The notes beneath the pieces are model-generated. The model was not told the origin of the DNA. It did no database searches and was given only the letters and a program-made list of their open reading frames with translations. A DNA stretch of 64,000 bases. It comes from Acidobacteriota bacterium. GTDB taxonomy: Bacteria; Acidobacteriota; UBA6911; RPQK01; JAJDTT01. The stretch is taken from the NCBI GenBank assembly GCA_965209055.1, contig OZ242374.1, positions 1,632,001-1,696,000 on the forward strand, written 5' to 3'. The position numbers were made by a program, and so were the translations under genes. Below, piece by piece: positions 18,861 through 27,955 of this stretch. How positions within the stretch are numbered: the first letter of the stretch is position 1; the number at the start of each line of letters is the position of its first letter.

Positions 18861-20360
18861 TTGACCGGCGTCGGGCCGCCCCGCCCCCATGTCCTGACAC
18901 TGGATGCGGGAACGTCTTCCTTGCGGGCCCAGGTGTGGGGAGTGGATGGGCGTCCCTTTCGGGGGATCGGGGCCCGGGCCCACTATCGCCTTTGGACCGA
19001 CCCGGAGGGAGGAGCCTGGCTGGAGCCGGAGGAGGTCCTTGCGGCCGTATCCGATGCGCTCGACGAGACGTTGGCCCGAGCCGAGTCCATAGGCGCCCGG
19101 ATCGCCGCCGTCGCTTCAGACACGCTCTCTCCCACGCTCCTGGGAGTGGATGAGCAGGCCCAGCCGCTGACGCCGATCTACACCTATGCCGACACCCGAA
19201 GCCGGCAGGCTGCCGTGGAACTCAGGAAAAGGCTGGATTCTGCGGAGGTCCACGAGCGGACGGGCTGTCCCATCCACAGCAGTTACCTGCCCTCCCGCCT
19301 CCTCTGGCTGGAGGGGAGCCGGCCCCGGCTCTTCTCCCGGGTCGCCCGCTGGATGACTCTGGGCGAGTTCGTTTATTCGCGATTCTTTGGGACCGGCGGC
19401 GTGAGCTATTCGGCCGCCTCGTGGAGCGGGCTGCTGAACCGCCACCGCTTGGACTGGGACGAGTCCTGGATTTCCCTTCTCCCGATCCGGCGGACTCAGC
19501 TTTCGACGCTTCGCGATTGCACGAAACCCTTCACGGGATTGCATGATCCCTGGGCCAGGCGCTGGCCGGCCCTGGATCGAATACCCTGGTTCCCTGCGGT
19601 GGGAGACGGGGCCGCCGCCAACGTGGGCAGCGGCTGTGTGCGTTCGGACCGGGTTGCCCTGACCATCGGTTCCACCGGAGCCATCCGCGCGGTCCTGGAC
19701 CGTCCTGCTTCCCCCCTTCCGGCGGGTCTCTGGAGCTATTTCGTCGATGCCGGCCGGCCCCTCATGGGAGGAGCCACCACCGAGGGGGGGAGCGTCTTCT
19801 CGTGGTTGACGAGCCGGCTGCAGGCCGATGTCGAACCCGAGCGGTTGGAGGCCGAGCTGCAGGCCATGGAGCCGGCTGCCCACGGCCTGGTTTTCCTGCC
19901 GTTCCTGGCGGGAGAACGGAGTCCCGGGTGGCGCGACGAAGCCCGCGGAAGCCTGGTGGGGCTGACGCTTTCGACACGGCCTGCGGAAATCGTCCGGGCG
20001 GCTCTGGAATCGATGGCCTACCGGCTTTGCCTGATCTACCGGCTCATGGAGCCCCACTTGTCCCGGCAGCACGAGATCATCGGCGGGGGCGCCGGGCTGC
20101 TCTCTTCTCCCGCCTGGCTGCAGATCCTGGCGGACGTCCTGGACCGCCGGGTCATCGCCTGCGCCGAGCCCGAAGTGACGGGCCGGGGAACGGCTCTGCT
20201 GGCGCTCGAGTCCCTGGGTCTGGTCTCGGACCTGGCGGCGGTCCCGCCGGCCATGGGAAAGAGATACGACCCCGATCCCGCCCGCCACCTCCGGCATCTC
20301 GAGGCCATGGAGCGGCATCTGGAGCTTTACCGGCGCATGGACGGCTTCGCGCTAGAATAG
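18861..20360 (+). CDS. gntK: Gluconokinase (FGGY carbohydrate kinase)
   Basis: LDAGTSS, TYADTRS, RTGCPIH, GDGAAANVGSG, PFLAGERSPGW; precedes gnd; TTG start inferred. Confidence 0.85.
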   Translation: MTGVGPPRPHVLTLDAGTSSLRAQVWGVDGRPFRGIGARAHYRLWTDPEGGAWLEPEEVLAAVSDALDETLARAESIGARIAAVASDTLSPTLLGVDEQAQPLTPIYTYADTRSRQAAVELRKRLDSAEVHERTGCPIHSSYLPSRLLWLEGSRPRLFSRVARWMTLGEFVYSRFFGTGGVSYSAASWSGLLNRHRLDWDESWISLLPIRRTQLSTLRDCTKPFTGLHDPWARRWPALDRIPWFPAVGDGAAANVGSGCVRSDRVALTIGSTGAIRAVLDRPASPLPAGLWSYFVDAGRPLMGGATTEGGSVFSWLTSRLQADVEPERLEAELQAMEPAAHGLVFLPFLAGERSPGWRDEARGSLVGLTLSTRPAEIVRAALESMAYRLCLIYRLMEPHLSRQHEIIGGGAGLLSSPAWLQILADVLDRRVIACAEPEVTGRGTALLALESLGLVSDLAAVPPAMGKRYDPDPARHLRHLEAMERHLELYRRMDGFALE

Positions 20361-20393
20361 GGAGTTCGTCGCATAGCACAGGAGAATTCGAAT

Positions 20394-21818
20394 ATGGAAG
20401 CCAAGGCGGATATCGGACTCATCGGGTTGGCGGTCATGGGCCAGAACCTGGTCCTGAACATGAACGATCACGGCTATACGGTGGCCGTCTTCAACCGGAC
20501 GGTCTCCAAAGTGGACGACTTCCTCTCGGGGGAGGCCCGGGGAACGAGGGTCCTGGGCGCCCATTCCCTGGACGAACTCGTCCGGATGCTCAAACGGCCG
20601 AGGCGGGTCATGCTGATGGTCAAGGCCGGCTGGCCGGTGGACGAATTCATCCGGCAGCTCCTGGACCACCTGGAGCCGGGTGACATCATCATCGACGGAG
20701 GGAACTCCAACTACGAGGACACCCGGCGGCGGGTCTCCCTGGTGGAGTCGAAGGGCCTTCTCTATATCGGAACCGGTGTCTCCGGAGGCGAGGAGGGAGC
20801 GCGGCGGGGACCCTCCATCATGCCCGGCGGGTCCGCCGAGGCCTGGCCTCAGGTCCGGCCCCTTTTCCAGGCCGTGTCGGCCAAGGTGGACGGGGGAGAA
20901 CCCTGCTGCGACTGGGTCGGTGAGGACGGCGCCGGCCACTTCGTCAAGATGGTCCACAACGGCATCGAATACGGAGACATGCAGCTCATCTGCGAGGCCT
21001 ATCATCTGATGAAGGCGGGACTGGGAATGCCCGCGGATGAAATCAGCCGCGTCTTCGCCCGCTGGAACCGGGGGCGGCTGGATTCCTACCTGATCCGGAT
21101 CACCCGGGACATCCTGGCCGTCAAGGACGGCGACGGAGGGCCCCTGGTGGATAAGGTCCTGGATACCGCCGGTCAGAAGGGAACCGGGCGGTGGACCGTG
21201 ATCTCGGCGTTGAACCTGGGAGTTCCCCTCACTCTCATCGGCGAGGCTGTCCTGGCGCGGGCCCTGTCGGCCATCAAGGAGGACCGGGTCGAAGCCTCCC
21301 GGTTGTTGACCGGACCCAGGCCGGACGGCGCCGCGCCTCGAGCGGATCTGGTCGATGACCTGGAGCAGGCCCTCTATGCGTCCAAGATCGTCTCCTACGC
21401 CCAGGGTTACCAGTTGATGCGGTCGGCGGCGGCCGAATACGGTTGGAACCTGGATTTCGGAGGCATCGCCCTGATGTGGCGGGGCGGTTGCATCATTCGG
21501 TCCGTGTTCCTGGGCAAGATCAAGGAGGCCTTCGACCGGGAGCCGGATCTGAAGAACCTGCTCCTGGATCCCTATTTCAAGGAGCAGGTGGAGGGTGCCC
21601 AGGAGTCTTGGCGCCGGGTCGTCTCCCGGGCGGTCGGCTGGGGCGTCCCGGTTCCGGCGACCTCAAGCGCCCTGGCCTTCTACGACGGCTACCGGCAGGA
21701 CTGGCTCCCCGCCAATCTCCTGCAGTCCCAGCGGGACTACTTCGGCGCCCACACCTACGAGCGAGTGGACCGGCCCCGCGGCGAGTTTTTCCACACCCGC
21801 TGGTCGGAATCGGCCTAG
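20394..21818 (+). CDS. gnd: 6-phosphogluconate dehydrogenase (NADP, decarboxylating)
   Basis: GLAVMGQN, GVSGGEEGA, VKMVHNGIEYGDMQ, QKGTG, QRDYFGAHTY. Confidence 0.97.
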   Translation: MEAKADIGLIGLAVMGQNLVLNMNDHGYTVAVFNRTVSKVDDFLSGEARGTRVLGAHSLDELVRMLKRPRRVMLMVKAGWPVDEFIRQLLDHLEPGDIIIDGGNSNYEDTRRRVSLVESKGLLYIGTGVSGGEEGARRGPSIMPGGSAEAWPQVRPLFQAVSAKVDGGEPCCDWVGEDGAGHFVKMVHNGIEYGDMQLICEAYHLMKAGLGMPADEISRVFARWNRGRLDSYLIRITRDILAVKDGDGGPLVDKVLDTAGQKGTGRWTVISALNLGVPLTLIGEAVLARALSAIKEDRVEASRLLTGPRPDGAAPRADLVDDLEQALYASKIVSYAQGYQLMRSAAAEYGWNLDFGGIALMWRGGCIIRSVFLGKIKEAFDREPDLKNLLLDPYFKEQVEGAQESWRRVVSRAVGWGVPVPATSSALAFYDGYRQDWLPANLLQSQRDYFGAHTYERVDRPRGEFFHTRWSESA

Positions 21819-21844
21819 GAGGGGGGACATTCTTGTCCCCCCTC
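21815..21844 (+). repeat. REP-like palindrome, class A
   Basis: CTAGGAGGGGGGACATTCTTGTCCCCCCTC; its TAG is the gnd stop. Confidence 0.8.
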
Positions 21845-21958
21845 TTCAACGAACCGGAACCCAAGAAGGAGCGGAAGACCAAGAAGTGGGAGAACGCTCG
21901 ACGGGGACAACAAACGCGATTGTCCTCTTCTCATTGCGGTAAAAAAAGGCGGCGAAGA

Positions 21959-22330
21959 GTGCCGATCATTCGACTGAAACTGATTGTTCAGCACGACACC
22001 GAGCGTCTGAGAAAGGAAACGCTGCAGACGTTGGCCGACGAACTCGGCGAGTATTTCGATTCGGAACCGTCCGGCACGTGGGTTGAAGTCGAGTACCTTC
22101 CGGTCGAGCAGCATGCGGAAAATCGATTTGAGCTACCCGGGGACATGAAAACAACATTCATGTACGTTTTGAAACATCACCTTCCGACAGAGGAAGAAGT
22201 CGTGCGGGAAGCCGTGGATCTTGCCCGGATTGTGTCGAAGCGGTTGCAGCGGCCTCGACGGAACACCCACATTTTCTACGAGCCGCCCGGCAAGGGACGG
22301 ATTGCTTTCGGTGGCAGACTGGTCAGGTGA
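21959..22330 (+). CDS. Tautomerase-superfamily-like protein
   Basis: GTG start gives an N-terminal Pro (PIIRL); C-terminal HIFYEPPGKGRIAFGG. Confidence 0.6.
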   Translation: MPIIRLKLIVQHDTERLRKETLQTLADELGEYFDSEPSGTWVEVEYLPVEQHAENRFELPGDMKTTFMYVLKHHLPTEEEVVREAVDLARIVSKRLQRPRRNTHIFYEPPGKGRIAFGGRLVR

Positions 22331-22369
22331 CCTCAGCGCTTTCCGGTGGTGCGAGCGTGACTTTCCTTC

Positions 22370-22613
22370 TCGTAGTGCACGCTTTCAGAATGGCAGTGAA
22401 GTTCTACGAGAGGCGATTCGGCTGATGGCGCGTCAAGAACAGGAATGCGGAGCTCAACTGACAAGGTTGCGGAAGGCGGCCAAGATCGGCATGGCTGACA
22501 TTGACTCCGGAAGCTTCCAAAGTTTCGACGCGCCGGAACAGCTACTTCGCCACTTGGCAGAATTGACCCGCGATGCAATGAGGGGACGTTCTCCCGAATC
22601 CAAAGACAAGTGA
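22370..22613 (+). pseudogene. 5'-truncated ParD-type antitoxin remnant
   Basis: SARFQNGSEVLREAIRL..LRKAAKIGMADIDSG matches the ParD/CC2985 pattern; no plausible N-terminal beta strand or start; no parE. Confidence 0.6.
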
Positions 22614-22657
22614 GGAATTCGCGTTGCCGCCAGCGGATCGGTATGCTGACCGCCGCC

Positions 22658-23536
22658 TCAAACCAGGTCCTGGAAGGCTCGAAACAGGGTCCGGTAGTAC
22701 TTCATGACTCGGATCGGATCGGTGCTCTCAGGGATCTCGGCCATGCAGTAGCCCGGGTATTCCATCTCCCGGAGCAGGCGGAACAGGAGCCGCCAGGGGT
22801 ACTCCTCGACGTAGAGGTCCCGCATGTGGACCAGGGAGATCCGGTCCTTGATCAGGTTGAAATTGGTCTCCACGCCCCCGTCCAGAAGATCCGTCTTGTT
22901 GGAGTTCCAGCAGATCCGGACGTTGTCGTGATCGGCGTAGTCCAGCATCTTGCGGATGCGGGGGATGCGGCCCGTCTCCCGTCCGTGAACCTCCATCCGG
23001 ATCTGGACTCCCCAGCCGTTGCCGTAGGCTCCGCATTCCCTCAGGGCCAGTCCGATCTGTTCCAGGGTCTTCTCCTCGGGGACCCCCTCGGGGAGTCCGT
23101 TGGGACGCACCTTGACGCCGGGGGCGCCCACGTCGTGGGCCAGCCGTACGAAGGCTTTGGTCTCTTCGATGTTGCGGCGCAGGATTTCCGGATCGGGCGA
23201 GTGGTACTCGCAGGCGCTGCCCAGGCCGACCAGACGGACCGGAGAATCCTGGAATCGCATCATGACTTCCCGGCGTTGCTCGGGAGAGATGTCGATCTCG
23301 ACGCCGTGGGCGTGGGTGCTGCGCAGCTCGACCCCCTCGAAGCCGGTTTCGGCGCAGTTGCGGATCAGCGTGTCCAGGTCCCAACTTCGGCCCAGGTTGT
23401 AGGTCACCGTCCCCAGGCGCAGGGGAAGGTTCCGGGTGACCTGCCGGGTCGCAGCTGGCGATGCGGAAGATTCTCCAGGCCAGAGCCCGGCTGAAACCGA
23501 GGCCGTCGCAGCCCCCAGAAATCGTCTTCTTTCCAT
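22658..23536 (-). CDS. Tat-exported sugar phosphate isomerase/epimerase (TIM barrel)
   Basis: MERRRFLG Tat motif, GFEGVELR, MEVHG, VHMRD. Confidence 0.85.
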   Translation of the reverse strand: MERRRFLGAATASVSAGLWPGESSASPAATRQVTRNLPLRLGTVTYNLGRSWDLDTLIRNCAETGFEGVELRSTHAHGVEIDISPEQRREVMMRFQDSPVRLVGLGSACEYHSPDPEILRRNIEETKAFVRLAHDVGAPGVKVRPNGLPEGVPEEKTLEQIGLALRECGAYGNGWGVQIRMEVHGRETGRIPRIRKMLDYADHDNVRICWNSNKTDLLDGGVETNFNLIKDRISLVHMRDLYVEEYPWRLLFRLLREMEYPGYCMAEIPESTDPIRVMKYYRTLFRAFQDLV

Positions 23537-23574
23537 GGTTGCCTCCCTGATCGCACTATCGTGCGGACTCGGCG

Positions 23575-24114
23575 TTACTGGTGCCCCGCCGCCAGCAGCT
23601 CCTGGTAGGTCCTGATGGTGCCGCCGCGGTTGCGTTGGTATTCCAGCGCGCTCCGGCGGTCCTTGAAGGCGACCAGGCCGGGCAGGCAGCGGTCCCAGGC
23701 CAGGGTGTACTGACTGCCGGATCCATCCTCCCGGGGGCGTTCCATGGAGCAGCAATGTTGGACCGAACTGTCTTCGACGTAGACGGCCTGCTCGGCGGGG
23801 AGGACTTCTCCTGTGGAGGTGTCTCCGATCCACGCCTCTTTCACCCGGTGTCCGTTCAGCTCCTGGTAGTGGAGCCCGCACCGGGGGCAGCAGACGTCCA
23901 GGTTCCCTCCTGCGGCCAGGACGATTCGGTAGGTTGAATCTCCATGCAACGGTCTCTGGCAAACGGCGCAGGTTCCCGACTCCAGGGTGTACAGGAAATA
24001 GGTGCTGCCGGCCAGCAGCAGAAACAACAGCATGAGCGCGGTTCCCCGGAGCACCTTGGAGCCTGGTCCGGCACGTTCGGCCGGAGCGGCGGACGGTGGG
24101 CCATTCTCCTTCAT
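23575..24114 (-). CDS. Membrane-anchored NosL-like Cys-rich protein
   Basis: TM anchor, CAVC, CCPRCG, A.YVE.S, AFKDRRSALEYQRNRGG NosL-type C-terminus. Confidence 0.65.
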   Translation of the reverse strand: MKENGPPSAAPAERAGPGSKVLRGTALMLLFLLLAGSTYFLYTLESGTCAVCQRPLHGDSTYRIVLAAGGNLDVCCPRCGLHYQELNGHRVKEAWIGDTSTGEVLPAEQAVYVEDSSVQHCCSMERPREDGSGSQYTLAWDRCLPGLVAFKDRRSALEYQRNRGGTIRTYQELLAAGHQ

Positions 24115-24153
24115 GAAACAGTCTCCATGGAGGCCGGTCTGCGCCGCCAAAGA

Positions 24154-24834
24154 CTATGGCAGCTCACGGCGGAGTTTCTCATAGTATGCCTGATTCAAAG
24201 GCTCCTTGAGCTGAAAGCGGAAGACCCGCATCTTGTCGAAGTTGCGGCGGTTCTCCTCGTAGGTCCGGATCTCCAGCTCGTACCGCTGCGAGGACCAGAC
24301 GTTGGCCACGTCGCGGTCCTTTTTCCACTTCCTCGAATCCGACGGGTTCTCGCTGTCGTAGACGATGTGCTCCGGGCCGAAATAGAGCGTTCCCTCGCAG
24401 CCTCCGAGAGTGTGCTTGTGCTTGGCCGGAATCTGGTAGTCGGCGTCGATGGGATCGGTGACGCGGTCGGTCACCGGTTTCTTCAGCTTGCCGGAGATGA
24501 GCGCCAATGTCTGATCGGAAAATGTCCGATGGGAAGACAGCAACTCGAAGTCGAAGACCTTGTCCTGGCCCAGCCGTAGCTTCTGGTCTTCGTAGGTGAG
24601 CACGCTGAGGCGGGACGGGGACTTGCGGTCCACACTCTGAATGTCCTGCCAGATCCACCTCCGGTTGTGGTCCATCTTTTTCGGCGACCGGTATTCGATC
24701 CCCTCCTGGTCGATGATCAATTCTCCCTCGCACTTGCCCCAGGGATCGTGGTCGTGCCGGACCCGCACGGTTTCTCCCCAGGCCCCTGCGGCGAAACAGA
24801 ACAATGTCAGGAGAGCGAGCAGACTCTGCTTCAT
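24154..24834 (-). CDS. Secreted hypothetical protein with two tandem beta-rich repeats
   Basis: Signal peptide; HDHDPWGKCEGEL / HKHTLGGCEGTL; ATGA overlap with cusA. Confidence 0.7.
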   Translation of the reverse strand: MKQSLLALLTLFCFAAGAWGETVRVRHDHDPWGKCEGELIIDQEGIEYRSPKKMDHNRRWIWQDIQSVDRKSPSRLSVLTYEDQKLRLGQDKVFDFELLSSHRTFSDQTLALISGKLKKPVTDRVTDPIDADYQIPAKHKHTLGGCEGTLYFGPEHIVYDSENPSDSRKWKKDRDVANVWSSQRYELEIRTYEENRRNFDKMRVFRFQLKEPLNQAYYEKLRRELP

Positions 24835-27800
24835 TTCAGCTTCCATCCCTTCCATATGTAGTAGACGACGGGGTAGACGCAGAGTTCCAGGAGAACGGAG
24901 GTTGTCACTCCACCGACCATGGGCGCGGCGATTCGCTTCATGACGTCCGCTCCTGCGCCATGACTCCACATGATGGGCAGCAGGCCCGCCAGGATGATGC
25001 AGGCCGTCATCACCTTGGGCCGCACGCGGTGGACGGCTCCGTGGCGGATGCTCTCGGTCAGATCCGAAAGCCGTCGCATGCGGCCTTCCCGGACCGCCTT
25101 CCGGTAGGCCACTTTCAGGTAGAGTAGCATCACCACGCCGGTCTCCGCATCCAGTCCCATCAGGGCGATGATCCCGACCCAGACTGCGACGCTCATGTTG
25201 TAGTCGAGCAGGTAGAGCAGCCAGAACGCCCCCACCAGCGAGAAGGGGACCGCCAGGAACACGATGGCCGTTTCAATGACGGAGCGCGTGTTCAGGTAGA
25301 TGATGACGAAGACGATGAGCAGGGTCATGGGGACGACGGCCATCAGGTGTTGTCGGGTCCGCTCCATGTGCTCGAATTGGCCGCTCCAGATGACGTTGTA
25401 TCCGTCCGGAACCTCGACCCGGCCGGCGACCGCCTGCCGGGCCATCGTCACGTAGCTCCCCACGTCGATGTCCGCCAGGTCGACGTAGATCCAGGCGTTG
25501 GGACGGGAATTCTCCGTCTTGATGGCAGTCGGCCCCTTGCGAATCCGGATGGTGGCCAACTGCCCCATGGGGATCTGGGAACCGCGGGGCGTGGGAACCA
25601 GGATTTCGCGGAGGGCCGGCAGGTTGTCCCGGAGTTCCCGGCTGTAGCGCAGATTCACCGGATAGCGCTCCAGCCCCTCGACGGTGGTGGTGATGTTCAT
25701 TCCCCCGATGGCGGACTGGATCACGTCCTGCACGTCGCCCACGGTGAGTCCGTAGCGGGCGATGGCGCCGCGCCGGATGTCGAAGTCCACGTAGTTGCCC
25801 TCCATGACTCGCTCCGAGTAAACGGATAGGGTCCCCGGAAGGCGGCGGACCACCGCTTCGATCTGCTGCCCCAGGTTCTGGAGCACGGACAGATCGGGTC
25901 CCGAAACCTTGATCCCGACCGGCGTCTTGATGCCGGTGGAGAGCATGGCGATCCGGGTCTTGATGGGCATGGTCCAGGTGTTGGTGAGGCCCGGGAACTG
26001 AATCGCCCGGTTCAGTTCGTCGATGAGGAGGTCCGGGGTCATGCCGGGGCGCCACTCGGACTCGGGTTTGAGCATGATGGTGGTCTCGATCATGCTCAGC
26101 GGTGCGGGATCGGTGGCCGTATCGGCCCGCCCGATCTTCCCGAAGACCCGGTCGACCTCGGGAAAGGAGGCGATGATCCTGTCCGTCTGCTGCAGGATTT
26201 CCCTGGCCTTGGTGGTGGAGATTCCGGGCAGGGTGGTGGGCATGTAGAGCAGGTCGCCTTCATACAGGGGAGGCATGAACTCGGAGCCCAGGCGGGAATA
26301 GGGAACCCAGGTCAGGCCCAGGGTTCCGGCGGTGAGGATCAGGACCGTCCACTTCCACCTCAGGAGGAGCCGGAGCACCGGGTCGTAGAGCGCGATCAGG
26401 ATCCGGCTGAGGGGATTCCGTTTCTCGGAGCGGATCCTCCCCCGGATCCAGTAACCCATGAGGACCGGCACCAGCGTGATCGTCAGAATCGAGGCCGCCG
26501 CCATGGACCAGGTCTTGGTGAAGGCCAACGGCTTGAAGAGCCTCCCTTCCTGGGCCTCCAGCGTGAAGACGGGAATGAAGGAGACGGTGATGACCAGCAT
26601 GGCGAAGAAGAGGGTCGGCCCCACCTCCTTGGAGGCTTCGGCGATGATCTTCCAGTGGTCCTTGCGGCCGCGATCCGCCTCCAGGTGCTTGTGGGCGTTC
26701 TCGATCATGATGACGGCGCCGTCGACCATGGCTCCGATGGCGATGGCGATGCCGCCCAGGGACATGATGTTGGCGTCGATGCCCTGCTGTTTCATGACGA
26801 TGAAGGAGATCAGCACCGCCACCGGCAAGGTGATGATGGCCACCAGCGAGGAGCGCAGATGGAGCAGGAACAGGATGCACACCAGGGCGACCGCCACTCC
26901 CTCTTCCAGGAGTTTCTCCCCCAGCGTCTTCACCGCCCGCTCGATCAGTGCCGACCGGTCGTAGACGGTCAGGATCTCGACGTCTTCGGGCAGACCCTGC
27001 CGCAGCTCCTCCAACTTCTCCTTGACACCTTGAATGACCTGGTGCGTATTGGCTCCGGACCGGACCACGACGATTCCGCCGACGACCTCCCCCTCACCGT
27101 TGTATTCGGCGATCCCGCGGCGCATTTCGGGTCCCATCCGGACCGTGGCCACGTCTCGCAGGAGAATCGGCGTTCCGTTCGGCGACACCGCCAGCGCGAT
27201 CTCCCGGAGGTCGGCCAGGTTCCGGATATAGCCTCGGCCGCGGATCATGAACTCGGTTTCCGACATCTCCAGGACCCGCCCCCCCACTTCGTTGTTGCTC
27301 CGCTGGACGGCCCGGCGAATCGTGGAGATGGGAATGTCGTAGGCCCGGAGCCGGTTGGGGTCCACCGTGATCTGGTACTGCCTGACGAAGCCGCCGACGC
27401 TTGCCACTTCCGACACGCCGTCCACCGAGGTGAGCTCGTACTTGAGGAACCAGTCCTGGATGCTTCGAAGCTCGGCCAGGTTTCTCCGGTCCGACTTGAG
27501 GACGTACATGAAGGCCCAGCCGACGCCGCTGGCGTCCGGGCCCAGGGTGGGGCTCACTCCTTCGGGGAGGCGGGCGCTAACGTAGTTCAGTGACTCCAGC
27601 ACCCGGCTCCGGGCCCAGTACGGATCGGTTCCGTCTTCGAAGAGGACGTAAACGAAGGAGTAGCCGAAGAAGGAGTAGCCCCGCACCACTTTCGAATAGG
27701 GCACCGAGAGCATCTGGGTGGTGATGGGGTAGGTCAACTGGTCTTCCACCACCTGCGGGGCCTGGCCCGGGTACTCGGCGTAAATGATGACCTGCACGTC

Positions 27801-27929
27801 CGAGAGGTCCGGAATGGCGTCCAGGGGTGTCTGCCGGAAGGAATGGAGTCCCGCCAGGATGGCGAAACCGGTGGCCAGGACGATCAGGAGCCGGTTTTCC
27901 AGGGACCAGTCGATGATTCTTCCCAGCAT
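24831..27929 (-). CDS. cusA: Cu(I)/Ag(I) RND efflux permease
   Basis: DAIPDLSDVQVI, GSEFMPPL, APLSMIET, WTMPI, RIAAPMVGG. Confidence 0.95.
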   Translation of the reverse strand: MLGRIIDWSLENRLLIVLATGFAILAGLHSFRQTPLDAIPDLSDVQVIIYAEYPGQAPQVVEDQLTYPITTQMLSVPYSKVVRGYSFFGYSFVYVLFEDGTDPYWARSRVLESLNYVSARLPEGVSPTLGPDASGVGWAFMYVLKSDRRNLAELRSIQDWFLKYELTSVDGVSEVASVGGFVRQYQITVDPNRLRAYDIPISTIRRAVQRSNNEVGGRVLEMSETEFMIRGRGYIRNLADLREIALAVSPNGTPILLRDVATVRMGPEMRRGIAEYNGEGEVVGGIVVVRSGANTHQVIQGVKEKLEELRQGLPEDVEILTVYDRSALIERAVKTLGEKLLEEGVAVALVCILFLLHLRSSLVAIITLPVAVLISFIVMKQQGIDANIMSLGGIAIAIGAMVDGAVIMIENAHKHLEADRGRKDHWKIIAEASKEVGPTLFFAMLVITVSFIPVFTLEAQEGRLFKPLAFTKTWSMAAASILTITLVPVLMGYWIRGRIRSEKRNPLSRILIALYDPVLRLLLRWKWTVLILTAGTLGLTWVPYSRLGSEFMPPLYEGDLLYMPTTLPGISTTKAREILQQTDRIIASFPEVDRVFGKIGRADTATDPAPLSMIETTIMLKPESEWRPGMTPDLLIDELNRAIQFPGLTNTWTMPIKTRIAMLSTGIKTPVGIKVSGPDLSVLQNLGQQIEAVVRRLPGTLSVYSERVMEGNYVDFDIRRGAIARYGLTVGDVQDVIQSAIGGMNITTTVEGLERYPVNLRYSRELRDNLPALREILVPTPRGSQIPMGQLATIRIRKGPTAIKTENSRPNAWIYVDLADIDVGSYVTMARQAVAGRVEVPDGYNVIWSGQFEHMERTRQHLMAVVPMTLLIVFVIIYLNTRSVIETAIVFLAVPFSLVGAFWLLYLLDYNMSVAVWVGIIALMGLDAETGVVMLLYLKVAYRKAVREGRMRRLSDLTESIRHGAVHRVRPKVMTACIILAGLLPIMWSHGAGADVMKRIAAPMVGGVTTSVLLELCVYPVVYYIWKGWKLK

Positions 27930-27955
27930 GTCTCAGATCACCACCGATCGGACCC

